Positions 20,272-29,830 of a stretch of DNA of 64,000 bases are shown piece by piece. Under the pieces are notes generated by a model. That model worked only from the letters and a program-made list of their open reading frames with translations. It had not been told where the DNA came from and did not search any database. Origin of the DNA: Bacteroidota bacterium (GTDB taxonomy: Bacteria > Bacteroidota > Bacteroidia > Cytophagales > Cytophagaceae). The stretch spans positions 20,505 to 84,504 of the forward strand of contig JAEYZG010000036.1 of assembly GCA_023428135.1 (NCBI GenBank), written 5' to 3'. Position numbers and translations under genes: made by a program. Position 1 is the first letter of the stretch, and the number at the start of each line of letters is the position of its first letter.

Positions 20272-21957
20272 GTGGAATCAATCTATAATATTGCAGAAAT
20301 CTGCTCTAAAAAAGGGCTAAAAAATTTTATACTATCTCCTGGTTCTCGCTGTGCACCTCTTACTGTAGCGATAGTCAGGCATCCCGAACTGACAAGCAGG
20401 ACAATTACAGATGAAAGATCGGCAGCATTTATTGCATTAGGCTTATCACTGGAAACCCAAAAGCCGGTTGGACTTTTATGTACCAGTGGAACTGCCGCAC
20501 TCAACTATGCCCCTGCCGTGGCGGAAGCCTTTTATCAACAAATACCATTGATTATACTTACTGCTGACAGACCTCCTGAATGGGTGGATCAACAGGATGG
20601 ACAGACTATCCGTCAGCAAAATATCTATGGGAACCATATAAAAAAATTCTTCCAACTCCCTCCTGATCACCAAAGTCCTGATTCAGCCTGGCATATTCAA
20701 AGAAGTATTTCAGAAGCAATAAACTTAGCGGAGTCATTTCCAAAAGGCCCTGTACACATCAATATTCCTTTGCGTGAGCCATTTTATCCTAAAAACAGCA
20801 ATGAAATAAAATATACTGCTGTTAGAATTATTGAAAAGGTAAAAGCACAACAGTCAATCGATACCTCAACCCTGCAGCAACTTATTCAACTGTTTAATCA
20901 AAGTGAAAAAGTAGTATTGCTTAGTGGGCAAAACAATGATAATATTGAATTAAATACTGCAGTATCCAAATTCTCAGCTTCTCATAAAATTCCTGTTTGG
21001 GCAGAACCAATTAGTAATATTCACTGTAAGAATTCAATACAAAACATTGATATAATTCTTTCAGGAGAAACTGAACAAGAAAAGCTTACGCCAGATTTGC
21101 TCATCACATTTGGCCAATCAGTATTATCTAAAAGCCTGAAATCCTTTCTAAGAAAGTATAAACCAAAATATCATTGGCATATAGATCCTTCGGGAGAAGG
21201 TGCTGATACATATCAATGTCTTACACATATTATTCCTGTAAAACCTATATCGTTTTTCGATACATTTAAAGGGGAAGCTAAAAATGATGAATGGCTGAAC
21301 AACTGGATTGGTATGGATATGAAAGGATTGACTTTTCTTAAGAACTTCTTTCCTTCTCAATCAAAGTTTTCAGAATTTGAAGCGGCATTTGAAGTCATAA
21401 AAAATTTACCTCCTGAAAATATTCTTCATTTATCAAACAGTATGCCTGTGAGGTACGTGAATTACTTAGGAAGCTTTATCAAATCAGCAACTACTGTAAG
21501 AGCAAACAGAGGTACGAGCGGAATAGATGGAGTACTCAGCACCGCTGTTGGTAATGCCTTAGGCACTGATAAACTTGTATTTCTTTTGACAGGTGATCTT
21601 GCTTTTTTTTATGATAGAAATGCTTTTTGGAATAATTACCTGCCAGATAACTTAAGAATTGTTTTATTAAATAATCATGGTGGCGGTATCTTTAACATGA
21701 TCGATGGCCCTAAAAATCTGAAAGAAGCGTCTGAATATTTTATTACTCGGCAAAATCTTAAGGCAAATAACATTGCAAATGAATTTAATCTTGAATACTT
21801 ATACAGCAACGACAGAGAGTCTTTAAATGCAGCATTACCAGTGTTATTAACATCATCTGGTAAATCAAAGATTCTTGAAATAGAAACCAGTATAGATAAC
21901 AACACTGAGATTTTCAATTTCTTTAAGCAGCAGATTAAAGAGAGATACGGTAAGTAG
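20272..21957 (+). CDS. menD: SEPHCHC synthase
   Basis: SPGSRCAPL, DERSAAF, CTSGTA, NRGTSGIDG, GDLAFFYD...NNHGGGIF. Confidence 0.96.
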   Translation: MESIYNIAEICSKKGLKNFILSPGSRCAPLTVAIVRHPELTSRTITDERSAAFIALGLSLETQKPVGLLCTSGTAALNYAPAVAEAFYQQIPLIILTADRPPEWVDQQDGQTIRQQNIYGNHIKKFFQLPPDHQSPDSAWHIQRSISEAINLAESFPKGPVHINIPLREPFYPKNSNEIKYTAVRIIEKVKAQQSIDTSTLQQLIQLFNQSEKVVLLSGQNNDNIELNTAVSKFSASHKIPVWAEPISNIHCKNSIQNIDIILSGETEQEKLTPDLLITFGQSVLSKSLKSFLRKYKPKYHWHIDPSGEGADTYQCLTHIIPVKPISFFDTFKGEAKNDEWLNNWIGMDMKGLTFLKNFFPSQSKFSEFEAAFEVIKNLPPENILHLSNSMPVRYVNYLGSFIKSATTVRANRGTSGIDGVLSTAVGNALGTDKLVFLLTGDLAFFYDRNAFWNNYLPDNLRIVLLNNHGGGIFNMIDGPKNLKEASEYFITRQNLKANNIANEFNLEYLYSNDRESLNAALPVLLTSSGKSKILEIETSIDNNTEIFNFFKQQIKERYGK

Positions 21958-22091
21958 AATCTGCCAAAACTTAATTCTCCTCCAAATGAGAATTCATATA
22001 CATTAAGAAAGTTTTTAATTAAGTTACTTTCTTGATGAATTAGAATTAAATGGATTACAAAGTCCCTTTATAGTACTTTAATTTTGATCAC

Positions 22092-23156
22092 GTGGATGTC
22101 TATCTTAATAATCGAAAAATTGAATTAGAAAAACTGGATCTTTTCACCACTTCCGATGAATATGAGTACACAACAATCAAATTTTTAAAGGACTGGTTGA
22201 ATTACAAAGACATTTTTTATCTTCAGACTTCAGGATCAACTTCAACACCCAAAGTCATTGAAATAAGCAGAGAACAGATGGAAGCAAGTGCAAGAGCTAC
22301 GATAAAAGCGCTTAAACTGCAATCCGGTGACAGAGCCTTAATCTGCATCAACACTGATATGATTGGCGGTAAAATGATGCTTGTCAGAACATTGGTAGAA
22401 AAGTTTAATGCCTATATCATTCCTCCTGTTTCAGATCCCTTTATATCAATTCCCAAGAAATTTGAATTTGATTTTACAGCCATAGTTCCGCTCCAACTGG
22501 AAACAATCATGAATAATGCTGAAAGTACTGCAAGATTAAATAAGTTAAAAGCCGTCATAGTTGGAGGTGCAGCAGTTTCTGAATCATTGAAATCCAGACT
22601 TCAGAATTTAAGTGTTCCAATTTATAGTACATATGGAATGACCGAAACAGTAAGTCATATAGCTTTAAAATTATTAAATGGCACTGAGCCGTCAGACTAT
22701 TTTAAAGTATTTGATGGTATAGAAACAAGAGTAGATTCCAGGGGGTGTTTGGAAATTAAAGGTATAGTAACCAACAATCAATGGGTTACAACCAATGACC
22801 TTGTTCAATTTCATTCAGAAAGAGAATTCACCTGGCTAGGGAGGATTGATAATATTATTAATTCAGGAGGTATAAAACTTCAGATAGAATCAATAGAAGG
22901 TAAGATTAACACGATTCTGAAAGAGAGAAATTATGAAGGAAGTTTCTTTTTAAGCAAAACTAATGATGAAAAATTGGGAGAAGCATTGGCTTTTTATTAC
23001 GAAGGCTTTGAAACTTTAAAATCAGAAATTCTTCAGTTATTTAAAAAAGAATTATCCAAATATGAAGTGCCGAGGTATTTGATATTTTGTAAAAATTTCG
23101 AATACACGGCTTCAGGAAAAATTGACAAGCTAAAGACAATTAAAAACAATAAATAA
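22092..23156 (+). CDS. menE: O-succinylbenzoate-CoA ligase (short Bacteroidota type)
   Basis: TSGSTSTPK, YGMTET, TND, GRIDNIINSGG, SGKID; men cluster context. Confidence 0.85.
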   Translation: MDVYLNNRKIELEKLDLFTTSDEYEYTTIKFLKDWLNYKDIFYLQTSGSTSTPKVIEISREQMEASARATIKALKLQSGDRALICINTDMIGGKMMLVRTLVEKFNAYIIPPVSDPFISIPKKFEFDFTAIVPLQLETIMNNAESTARLNKLKAVIVGGAAVSESLKSRLQNLSVPIYSTYGMTETVSHIALKLLNGTEPSDYFKVFDGIETRVDSRGCLEIKGIVTNNQWVTTNDLVQFHSEREFTWLGRIDNIINSGGIKLQIESIEGKINTILKERNYEGSFFLSKTNDEKLGEALAFYYEGFETLKSEILQLFKKELSKYEVPRYLIFCKNFEYTASGKIDKLKTIKNNK

Positions 23157-23187
23157 ACCTGCTCCGATTGCCCAGAACAGGTTTATT
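23152..23187. terminator. Hairpin between convergent menE and hypothetical gene
   Basis: AATAAACCTG...CAGGTTTATT inverted repeat. Confidence 0.5.
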
Positions 23188-23211
23188 AAATTTTATTAAG
23201 TCTGTAAAATC

Positions 23212-23757
23212 TTATCTTATCTTTCTCAGAAAATCTTTAACAAGACCTTCAAAGTCAAATTTTTGCAAATCCGAATACCCATCTATTGTATGCAAATATT
23301 CCAGGTCTTCAAAGTCAGTAATTCTCAGAGCAAAAATAGGGAAGCCCCATTCCTCTTCATCCGGGTTAGAATATGGTGTTTTTACATAACCCATATCTAC
23401 AAATTCATAATCCAATACATCAAGGACACCTTGACTTACCTTGTTTTTCTTTAAAATCGGGGTAATTGTATCAATAATCAAGGGTCTCCAACGCTGATTC
23501 AAATCTTCAAGCTTTAATTCAATAACCTTTTCTCTGAAGTCATAATATTCTTCAAAAAGAGCATCTAATAAATCTTCAGCAAATTCAGCAGTATCTGTAT
23601 CTTTGTGCCCATGAATAGCCATTTTAAGCACTTCGAAATCCCAAAGCTTCACTATAACACCATCAGCTTCGAACTTAATACCCAAATCCTTGGCTGTCAA
23701 CTTAATACCTGTTTCACCTAATATTGTATCACAGATAATACTTTTTAAACCTTTCAT
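23212..23757 (-). CDS. Hypothetical acidic cytoplasmic protein
   Basis: 181-aa ORF with protein-like composition; no family recognised. Confidence 0.7.
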   Translation of the reverse strand: MKGLKSIICDTILGETGIKLTAKDLGIKFEADGVIVKLWDFEVLKMAIHGHKDTDTAEFAEDLLDALFEEYYDFREKVIELKLEDLNQRWRPLIIDTITPILKKNKVSQGVLDVLDYEFVDMGYVKTPYSNPDEEEWGFPIFALRITDFEDLEYLHTIDGYSDLQKFDFEGLVKDFLRKIR

Positions 23758-23820
23758 TATTTACGTTTGTACTAATTTGCGTTGAAAAATATTTATAAAA
23801 TTTAAAAAAACAAATCAAAT

Positions 23821-24567
23821 ATGAATAACTTTCACAGTTTTGAAATAAATTTTACATCTTCTGACCTTTACCCCCCTTACGCCAACACCATCAATTTGAA
23901 ATTTATTAACGCAAATAATCTGCTCAAAGTTGAATTTAATATTAAATATATTGGACGTGAAGAACTCACAGAAGAAGAAATTTTAGATGAAGGATTCACT
24001 TTAAACGATGATTACAACTGGAATGGCAGTTTAAGTTCTGTATGGATTGATCCAATTCAATCTCTAATTAATAAATCGACATTCCTTAAAGAGGAATCGG
24101 ACATAAAAGTATTGATAGAAGCTCCGAAAATTATAACCGGGTCTCCTGAAAATATTGATGAATGGGCTTACATGATACAAGAAGTAACACAGGCGATTTA
24201 TGAAACTTCAGGGAAAGAAGGCAATTTAGAGATTAATTTTATAAAGAATTTTCCCCAAGACTTTTTAGCTATTAATCTCAAACCTGAATTTAAATCCCGA
24301 AAGTTTATAGCTGAAATAGAAAAAAACAATCAGAAAAAGACGGTTCAATTGAAGTGGGAAGATCTGAAAAACACCCTTCAAACAGTTTATTTACCTGAAT
24401 ATATTTATGAGAACAGCCAGCCTACTCCAGGCAAAGATCAAGGGTATTATATTAATATTGGAGAAGGAATTTGGTTTAAAGCAAATGAGGGAGTGGTCAA
24501 CCTTTCAGAAAAAGATAAAAGTGTACCAAAACTTATCGAAATGTTTGAAAGAATATCGAAGAAGTAA
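23821..24567 (+). CDS. Hypothetical protein
   Basis: 248-aa ORF with YPPYA and YIGREELTEEEILDEGFTLNDDYNWNG segments; no family assigned. Confidence 0.7.
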   Translation: MNNFHSFEINFTSSDLYPPYANTINLKFINANNLLKVEFNIKYIGREELTEEEILDEGFTLNDDYNWNGSLSSVWIDPIQSLINKSTFLKEESDIKVLIEAPKIITGSPENIDEWAYMIQEVTQAIYETSGKEGNLEINFIKNFPQDFLAINLKPEFKSRKFIAEIEKNNQKKTVQLKWEDLKNTLQTVYLPEYIYENSQPTPGKDQGYYINIGEGIWFKANEGVVNLSEKDKSVPKLIEMFERISKK

Positions 24568-24573
24568 GCATGC

Positions 24574-25347
24574 TTACTTCTTCAGGTTTTTAAGTTCTTC
24601 TTTCATGTTCACCACCATATGAGCAAGCTTTTCTATTGACATATCAGGCTTAGGAAATTCGGTACTAATGAATGCTTTTGCCTCCCATACTTCAAGTATA
24701 TCATCCGGGTGTACTTCATAGGAAGAATAAACGGGATTATCTGATGATAAAAGAAACACCTCTTTTGTTTTTAAATAATTAGTGACTCTCTTATAAACTA
24801 TACCTTCTTTTGAGGTCACAACGATATAAGTCTGATCATCTTTGACATAATTCCAGTTATCAACATATTGACCTATGATAATGGTACCTGAGACAAGTGG
24901 CAACATTGAATCTCCTGAAATTTCAAAAGCACGGAAAGTTCCATTTTTAAAGTTTGGAAGGTAAAAATTTGGAAGATCTCCAATATATTCGGGATCAGCA
25001 TAACCGTTGAGATAACCTGCAGCTGCTTTTTGAGGAACCATAGGAACTGATTCATTGTCATTTTTATCTACAGTTATTGAAAGTACTCTTAGCTTTTTAG
25101 CTTCAATATCTTTTTGCATTACCTGCTTATAGCTTTCCGGATCTTTTAAATCTCCACTAATTAGCACATCAACTGAAACTTCCAGTATTTTAGAAAACAT
25201 GATGAGATTATACAAACCAGGTTCTGCTCTCCCCTCTTCATAAGCCCCTAACAATGATCTTTTTATTCCCACTTTTTCAGCCAATTGCTCCTGCGTAAAT
25301 CCTTTTTGCTTCCTTAAATGCTTAATATTGTCACTAATCAGAGTCAT
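24574..25347 (-). CDS. XRE/CI-type HTH + peptidase S24 repressor (non-canonical LexA candidate)
   Basis: HTH TQEQLAEKVGIKRSLLGAYEEGRAEP, Ala-Gly cleavage site KAAAGY, catalytic SGDSM and VYKR. Confidence 0.88.
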   Translation of the reverse strand: MTLISDNIKHLRKQKGFTQEQLAEKVGIKRSLLGAYEEGRAEPGLYNLIMFSKILEVSVDVLISGDLKDPESYKQVMQKDIEAKKLRVLSITVDKNDNESVPMVPQKAAAGYLNGYADPEYIGDLPNFYLPNFKNGTFRAFEISGDSMLPLVSGTIIIGQYVDNWNYVKDDQTYIVVTSKEGIVYKRVTNYLKTKEVFLLSSDNPVYSSYEVHPDDILEVWEAKAFISTEFPKPDMSIEKLAHMVVNMKEELKNLKK

Positions 25348-25372
25348 GTTTCTTTTAAATTATATTCACTAA

Positions 25373-25573
25373 TTAAATCAAAATTTTGATATCCTGTAAT
25401 ACATTACTAATCATTCTGCCTAAACTGCTTTTATTTTCGACCAGTTTTTCACCATGAATGAAAAATCCCGTATTATCTTCAAACAGGTAATTCACCAGTA
25501 TGAAGCTCGAATTTGGTATAGGTTTACGTAAAAAATATTTTAATTTAAAACCCCTTTTAGTTGAGACTAACAT
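25373..25573 (-). CDS. Small hypothetical protein (66 aa) in the leader of the S24 repressor
   Basis: ATG at 25573, downstream of a -7 box; fills the gap and ends 25 nt before the repressor ATG. Confidence 0.45.
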   Translation of the reverse strand: MLVSTKRGFKLKYFLRKPIPNSSFILVNYLFEDNTGFFIHGEKLVENKSSLGRMISNVLQDIKILI

Positions 25574-25604
25574 AAATACGATGTTTTTTAGCAAATAAAC
25601 ATCA

Positions 25605-25612
25605 CAAAATTA
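25605..25612 (-). promoter_or_regulatory. -7 box (TAATTTTG) for the small ORF-repressor unit
   Basis: Exact TAnnTTTG match. Confidence 0.55.
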
Positions 25613-25619
25613 ACATACG

Positions 25620-25661
25620 CTAATTTTTTTAGTAAAAATTTCAGAAAAATAAATTTATTAG
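25620..25661. promoter_or_regulatory. Candidate SOS/LexA operators CTAA-N5-TTAG (25620-25632) and ATAA-N5-TTAG (25649-25661)
   Basis: One perfect and one single-mismatch palindrome immediately upstream of the repressor's -7 box. Confidence 0.65.
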
Positions 25662-25694
25662 CAAGTAATACTTAGTATAAAAAATAATCAACGA

Positions 25695-26732
25695 ATGAAA
25701 AAAGGAGTGAAAAACTCAATGGAACAAAATTTATTACAGAGTCTCATAGCAATACTTTTAGTTTTCTTAATACCTTCTTGTAAGGAAGCCTCCCACCATG
25801 AATCTAATAATAGTCAGGTGCCCTCTCAATTGAAATACACAGGTATTAAATACACTACAATAGACTCTCTTGAAAATGGATTTAATTTTAATATCACCAG
25901 CATTGACACCTTAACAAATGAGAAATCTAAAGTGATACAAGTTGACTTCAAAGTTTCTTCATCAGATCAATTTTGGAAAGAACTAAAAAATCAAGGAATT
26001 AAAGCACTATACATTTCCTTATCTTGCTCAGGTAAGAAGACACATACATCCCCGATAAACTATTATTCCGAAAAATTTCTAAGCTTGCACGATGAATTTC
26101 TGCTTGTTAAAGAAGGTAATAGAGTTTTCAATTACTCCATTCCGATAAGATCTTTGGAACTAGAAAAAGGAATACACGAACTTAGCCTGAAAATCGAAGC
26201 TATTCCCGTCCGTTTTAAACAAGATAGCCTCAAAAGTGATCTTAAAGAAGTTGACAATTTTTCACATAAACCCGTAGCTTCAAAGAAAATTAAATTTCAA
26301 ATAAATGCCCCTGAGCTTATACATACTTCTATTGAAGTATTAAAATTCAAACTGAATACGAGTGTCTGTGATCCTTCTAAGTTCGACTATGCTTTTGGAG
26401 GTACAGGGTTCCCTGATCTTTTCTGGGATATTCAATGCGGTGATGATTATATCTACCACAGTCCGCAAATAAAAAATGCAATTCAATACACTAAAGTATA
26501 TCAATCAACATATTTTCTATGTGATCCTGATGATAAGATTACAATTCGGGCAGTTGACTTCGATAAGGGCCCTTTCAACACACAGCATGATATTATAGAA
26601 ACATGGTCAGGAAAGATCAATGATATAAGTATTGATCACCCTGATACATTTGCTTTTGGCAACCTTGAATATTTAATTGTTCAAAGAAAGCAACCTAATA
26701 AAGCTCCTGACAAGCGCCGCAAAAATAAGTAG
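25695..26732 (+). CDS. Hypothetical lipoprotein
   Basis: Hydrophobic stretch ending in IPSC; likely start at MEQNLL (25719); beta-rich C-terminus. Confidence 0.65.
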   Translation: MKKGVKNSMEQNLLQSLIAILLVFLIPSCKEASHHESNNSQVPSQLKYTGIKYTTIDSLENGFNFNITSIDTLTNEKSKVIQVDFKVSSSDQFWKELKNQGIKALYISLSCSGKKTHTSPINYYSEKFLSLHDEFLLVKEGNRVFNYSIPIRSLELEKGIHELSLKIEAIPVRFKQDSLKSDLKEVDNFSHKPVASKKIKFQINAPELIHTSIEVLKFKLNTSVCDPSKFDYAFGGTGFPDLFWDIQCGDDYIYHSPQIKNAIQYTKVYQSTYFLCDPDDKITIRAVDFDKGPFNTQHDIIETWSGKINDISIDHPDTFAFGNLEYLIVQRKQPNKAPDKRRKNK

Positions 26733-27483
26733 TACGCCCATTTATTTTAATTACGTTGATTTTACCGCAACTATCCGGACAATCTTTATTTTCCCTTCTA
26801 TAATTTATTAAAAACTTAGTTGGAAAATCTTCTCTTTTAGCGTCATATTTTATAGCTGTCTTCAAAACCTTATTCATTGTAGAAAACAACTTCATTATTT
26901 TATCGTCAGGGATTCGACTTCCCTTTGCCCCCGGATGAATACCAGCCTGAAAAAGAATTTCGTCTGCATATACATTTCCAATACCGGAAATCAACGATTG
27001 ATTCATCAGAATAGATTTGATCTTTCCTTTCCTTTTATGAATTATTTCAAGAAACTCTTCAGCAGTAATACTTAGGGCATCCTTTCCCAAATCATTTTGT
27101 GAGATCAGATCATCAAAGTCATGGACAAGACTAATGTGTCCAAATTTTCTCTGATCTTCGAAGGCTAACCCTCCTCCGTCCTGAAAAATAAAAAGTAATC
27201 TTGTATAAGGTGGAATTTTAGAAATATCATCAATGAGTTCCAGATCACCTGTCATACCGAAATGAATATCCAGGCCTGCTTCAGGGTCAATTTCTGCAAA
27301 CAGATGTTTTCCGTACCTATCTGATTTTTTAAAAAATTTGCCCTTCAGGGCCTTGTTTAATTCTTTTTCAGAAGTTCCTTTAAGAATACGCTTTTCAAAA
27401 ACCTCAACTCTTTCAATCTTTTTTTTGAGAGTTGTTTTATCGAAATAATCTCTGAAGACAGAAACATCTGGTAGTTCCGGCAT
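26695..27483 (-). CDS. mutM: Fpg/Nei family DNA glycosylase/AP lyase
   Basis: N-terminal PELPDV, RYGKHL, HFGMTG, H2TH GIGNVYADEILF, zinc finger CPDSC...GRTTYFCGACQ. Confidence 0.88.
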   Translation of the reverse strand: MPELPDVSVFRDYFDKTTLKKKIERVEVFEKRILKGTSEKELNKALKGKFFKKSDRYGKHLFAEIDPEAGLDIHFGMTGDLELIDDISKIPPYTRLLFIFQDGGGLAFEDQRKFGHISLVHDFDDLISQNDLGKDALSITAEEFLEIIHKRKGKIKSILMNQSLISGIGNVYADEILFQAGIHPGAKGSRIPDDKIMKLFSTMNKVLKTAIKYDAKREDFPTKFLINYRRENKDCPDSCGKINVIKINGRTTYFCGACQELY

Positions 27484-27541
27484 AACTTTATTCCTTTATC
27501 TTATTACAAAAACAAAGGAATAAAGAGTTTCGTGCTTTATG

Positions 27542-29773
27542 TTAATTAAAGGAAGGCGGCAAATCTACTATATTAGAATCAACTTCATCGGTATCAGATT
27601 CACAATCAAAGGAACCATTGAGTGATTCTGGAATTTCAAATTTCGTTTTCACGCCCAGATTCTTATCTGCAAAAACTTTTTGCATATAAAGTCCCCAGAT
27701 TGGCAATGCCATTCTTGCTCCCTGTCCAAATCTCATATCAGGGAAGTGAATATTTTTATCATCCGCTCCAACCCATACACCCGAAACAAGATCCGGTGAT
27801 ATACCCATAAACCAGCCATCTGCAGAGTTTTGAGTAGTACCTGTTTTTCCTCCAACTTCACTTGTAATATTAAATTTTCTTACAAGGTCTTTAGCAGTAC
27901 CTCCGTCTTCTTCCGCTGATCCTTTGAGCATATAAACCATAGATGCAGCAGTTTCAGAAGAAATAACCTGCTTAGGAATATTTCTGAATTCTTCCAGAAT
28001 GTTGCCATATTTATCTTCAATTCTGGTAATCATCAGTGGCTCATATCTGTATCCGTTATTTACGAAAGCGCAATAGGCTTGAGTCATATCAAAAACGGAA
28101 ACATCGCTGGTACCAAGAGCAAGTGTAGGAACTGCTTCCAGCTGTGAAGATATACCAAGACGTTTAGCAAATGCAACAATAGAATCCGGTCCACTTAGTT
28201 TCATCAGATAAGCAGCAATGGTATTCACAGACCTTGCCATTCCAAGACGCAAGGTCATAAAATCATTAGAGTAATTATTATTACTGTTTTTGGGTATCCA
28301 GACTTTTCCATCCGGCATAGTAAAAGGAACTTGAGTATCCAGCACTTTAGAACAAGGAGTTAAACCTTTTTCTTCTATTGCATAAGCATAAAGCAGAGGT
28401 TTAAATGTTGAACCTGGTTGTCTGGCCCCTCTTTTAACATGGTCATACTTAAAATATCTAAAGTTAACATCCCCTACCCAAGCTTTAACCTGACCATTAT
28501 GAGGATTCATACTTACCATTCCGGTATGCAGGAAATGAAGGTAGTACCTGACTGAATCCATAGGACTCATAGTAGTATCTTTAGTCCCGCTAATAGTATA
28601 GATTTTCATTTTAACCTTCTTGTTCATTTCTCTGAAAATCTCTTCCGGATTGTCTCCCAACTCAGCTTTCAATACCCTGTATCTTTCAGATCTTTTTGCA
28701 AATCTCTCTACAAATTTTTTATCATCAGCTTTATTAGTAGCCCATGGGGTTTTACCTTTCCATTGTGCAAAAAACTCTTTCTGAAGAGCCTTCATATGAT
28801 TAGAAACAGCATCTTCTGCATAGGTCTGCATTTTTGAATTAATGGTGGTATATATCTTCAAGCCATCTGCGTAAAGGTTATAACCATGTTCATCACACCA
28901 GTTGACAAGATAATCTTCTATGTAGTCTCTGAAGTATGGAGCAAGACCGGTATTCTGGTTTTCATAAGTAATATCCAAAGCAAGTGGTTTCAGCTTAAGC
29001 TTTTCAAACTGGTCCTTACTTAAGTAAGTATATTTTACCATCTGACTTAAAACCGTATTTCTTCTTTTCAATGCTTTTTCCTCTTTTCTGATGGGATCAT
29101 AAACACTTGGGCCTTTAAGCAAGCCTATTAGCATAGCAGCTTCTTCAGTACTAAGTTTAGATGTTTTTTTATTAAAATATTTTTTAGCTGCAGATGTGAT
29201 GCCATATGTTCCGTTTCCAAACTCGACCGTATTCAGGTACATATTCAGAATTTCCTTTTTTGTATAAGCTCTCTCAAGTCTGGTAGCAGTGATTATTTCC
29301 TTAAATTTTACAACCGGCATAAACTTGCTCAATGGTCCCTGGTATTCTTTGGACTGTCTCATCTGAAAAAGATTTTTGGCCAACTGCTGACTTAATGTGC
29401 TTGATCCCCTTTTCTGTAATGTAACAGCATAGAGAAAAATAGCAAAAGTGCCTTTAAAATCTACCCCTGAATGTTTGTAAAAACGAACATCTTCCGTAGC
29501 AATCAATGCATTAACCAAATCAACAGGCAGATCATTGTAATCTGCATTAGATCTGTTATACTTAAAATATTTTCCCATCAGCACATTGTCTTCAGTGTAA
29601 ACTTCTGAAGAAAGATCACTTTTAGGATTTTCAAGAATTTCAAGAGAAGGTATTTTACCAAATAACCCGAACAGATTTATGGATATAGAAAAAATGAATA
29701 ATGCAATGAACAGAGCGAAACTCCAGAATCCTATCCAGAGGAATTTAATCTTTTTGTCTTTAAAGCTAATCAT
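27542..29773 (-). CDS. Class A penicillin-binding protein (PBP1A)
   Basis: GT51 EDVRFYKHSG, GSSTLSQQL; transpeptidase STFK, SVN, KTGT. Confidence 0.93.
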   Translation of the reverse strand: MISFKDKKIKFLWIGFWSFALFIALFIFSISINLFGLFGKIPSLEILENPKSDLSSEVYTEDNVLMGKYFKYNRSNADYNDLPVDLVNALIATEDVRFYKHSGVDFKGTFAIFLYAVTLQKRGSSTLSQQLAKNLFQMRQSKEYQGPLSKFMPVVKFKEIITATRLERAYTKKEILNMYLNTVEFGNGTYGITSAAKKYFNKKTSKLSTEEAAMLIGLLKGPSVYDPIRKEEKALKRRNTVLSQMVKYTYLSKDQFEKLKLKPLALDITYENQNTGLAPYFRDYIEDYLVNWCDEHGYNLYADGLKIYTTINSKMQTYAEDAVSNHMKALQKEFFAQWKGKTPWATNKADDKKFVERFAKRSERYRVLKAELGDNPEEIFREMNKKVKMKIYTISGTKDTTMSPMDSVRYYLHFLHTGMVSMNPHNGQVKAWVGDVNFRYFKYDHVKRGARQPGSTFKPLLYAYAIEEKGLTPCSKVLDTQVPFTMPDGKVWIPKNSNNNYSNDFMTLRLGMARSVNTIAAYLMKLSGPDSIVAFAKRLGISSQLEAVPTLALGTSDVSVFDMTQAYCAFVNNGYRYEPLMITRIEDKYGNILEEFRNIPKQVISSETAASMVYMLKGSAEEDGGTAKDLVRKFNITSEVGGKTGTTQNSADGWFMGISPDLVSGVWVGADDKNIHFPDMRFGQGARMALPIWGLYMQKVFADKNLGVKTKFEIPESLNGSFDCESDTDEVDSNIVDLPPSFN

Positions 29774-29830
29774 ACAAAAAAGGGTTCTAAAAAGAACCCA
29801 ATTTAAAATGTCTTTTAGTCAATACCAATA

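Noticed and set aside
24574..25347. Prophage CI repressor interpretation
   Set aside because: No integrase, Cro, replication or structural phage genes nearby; the context is chromosomal
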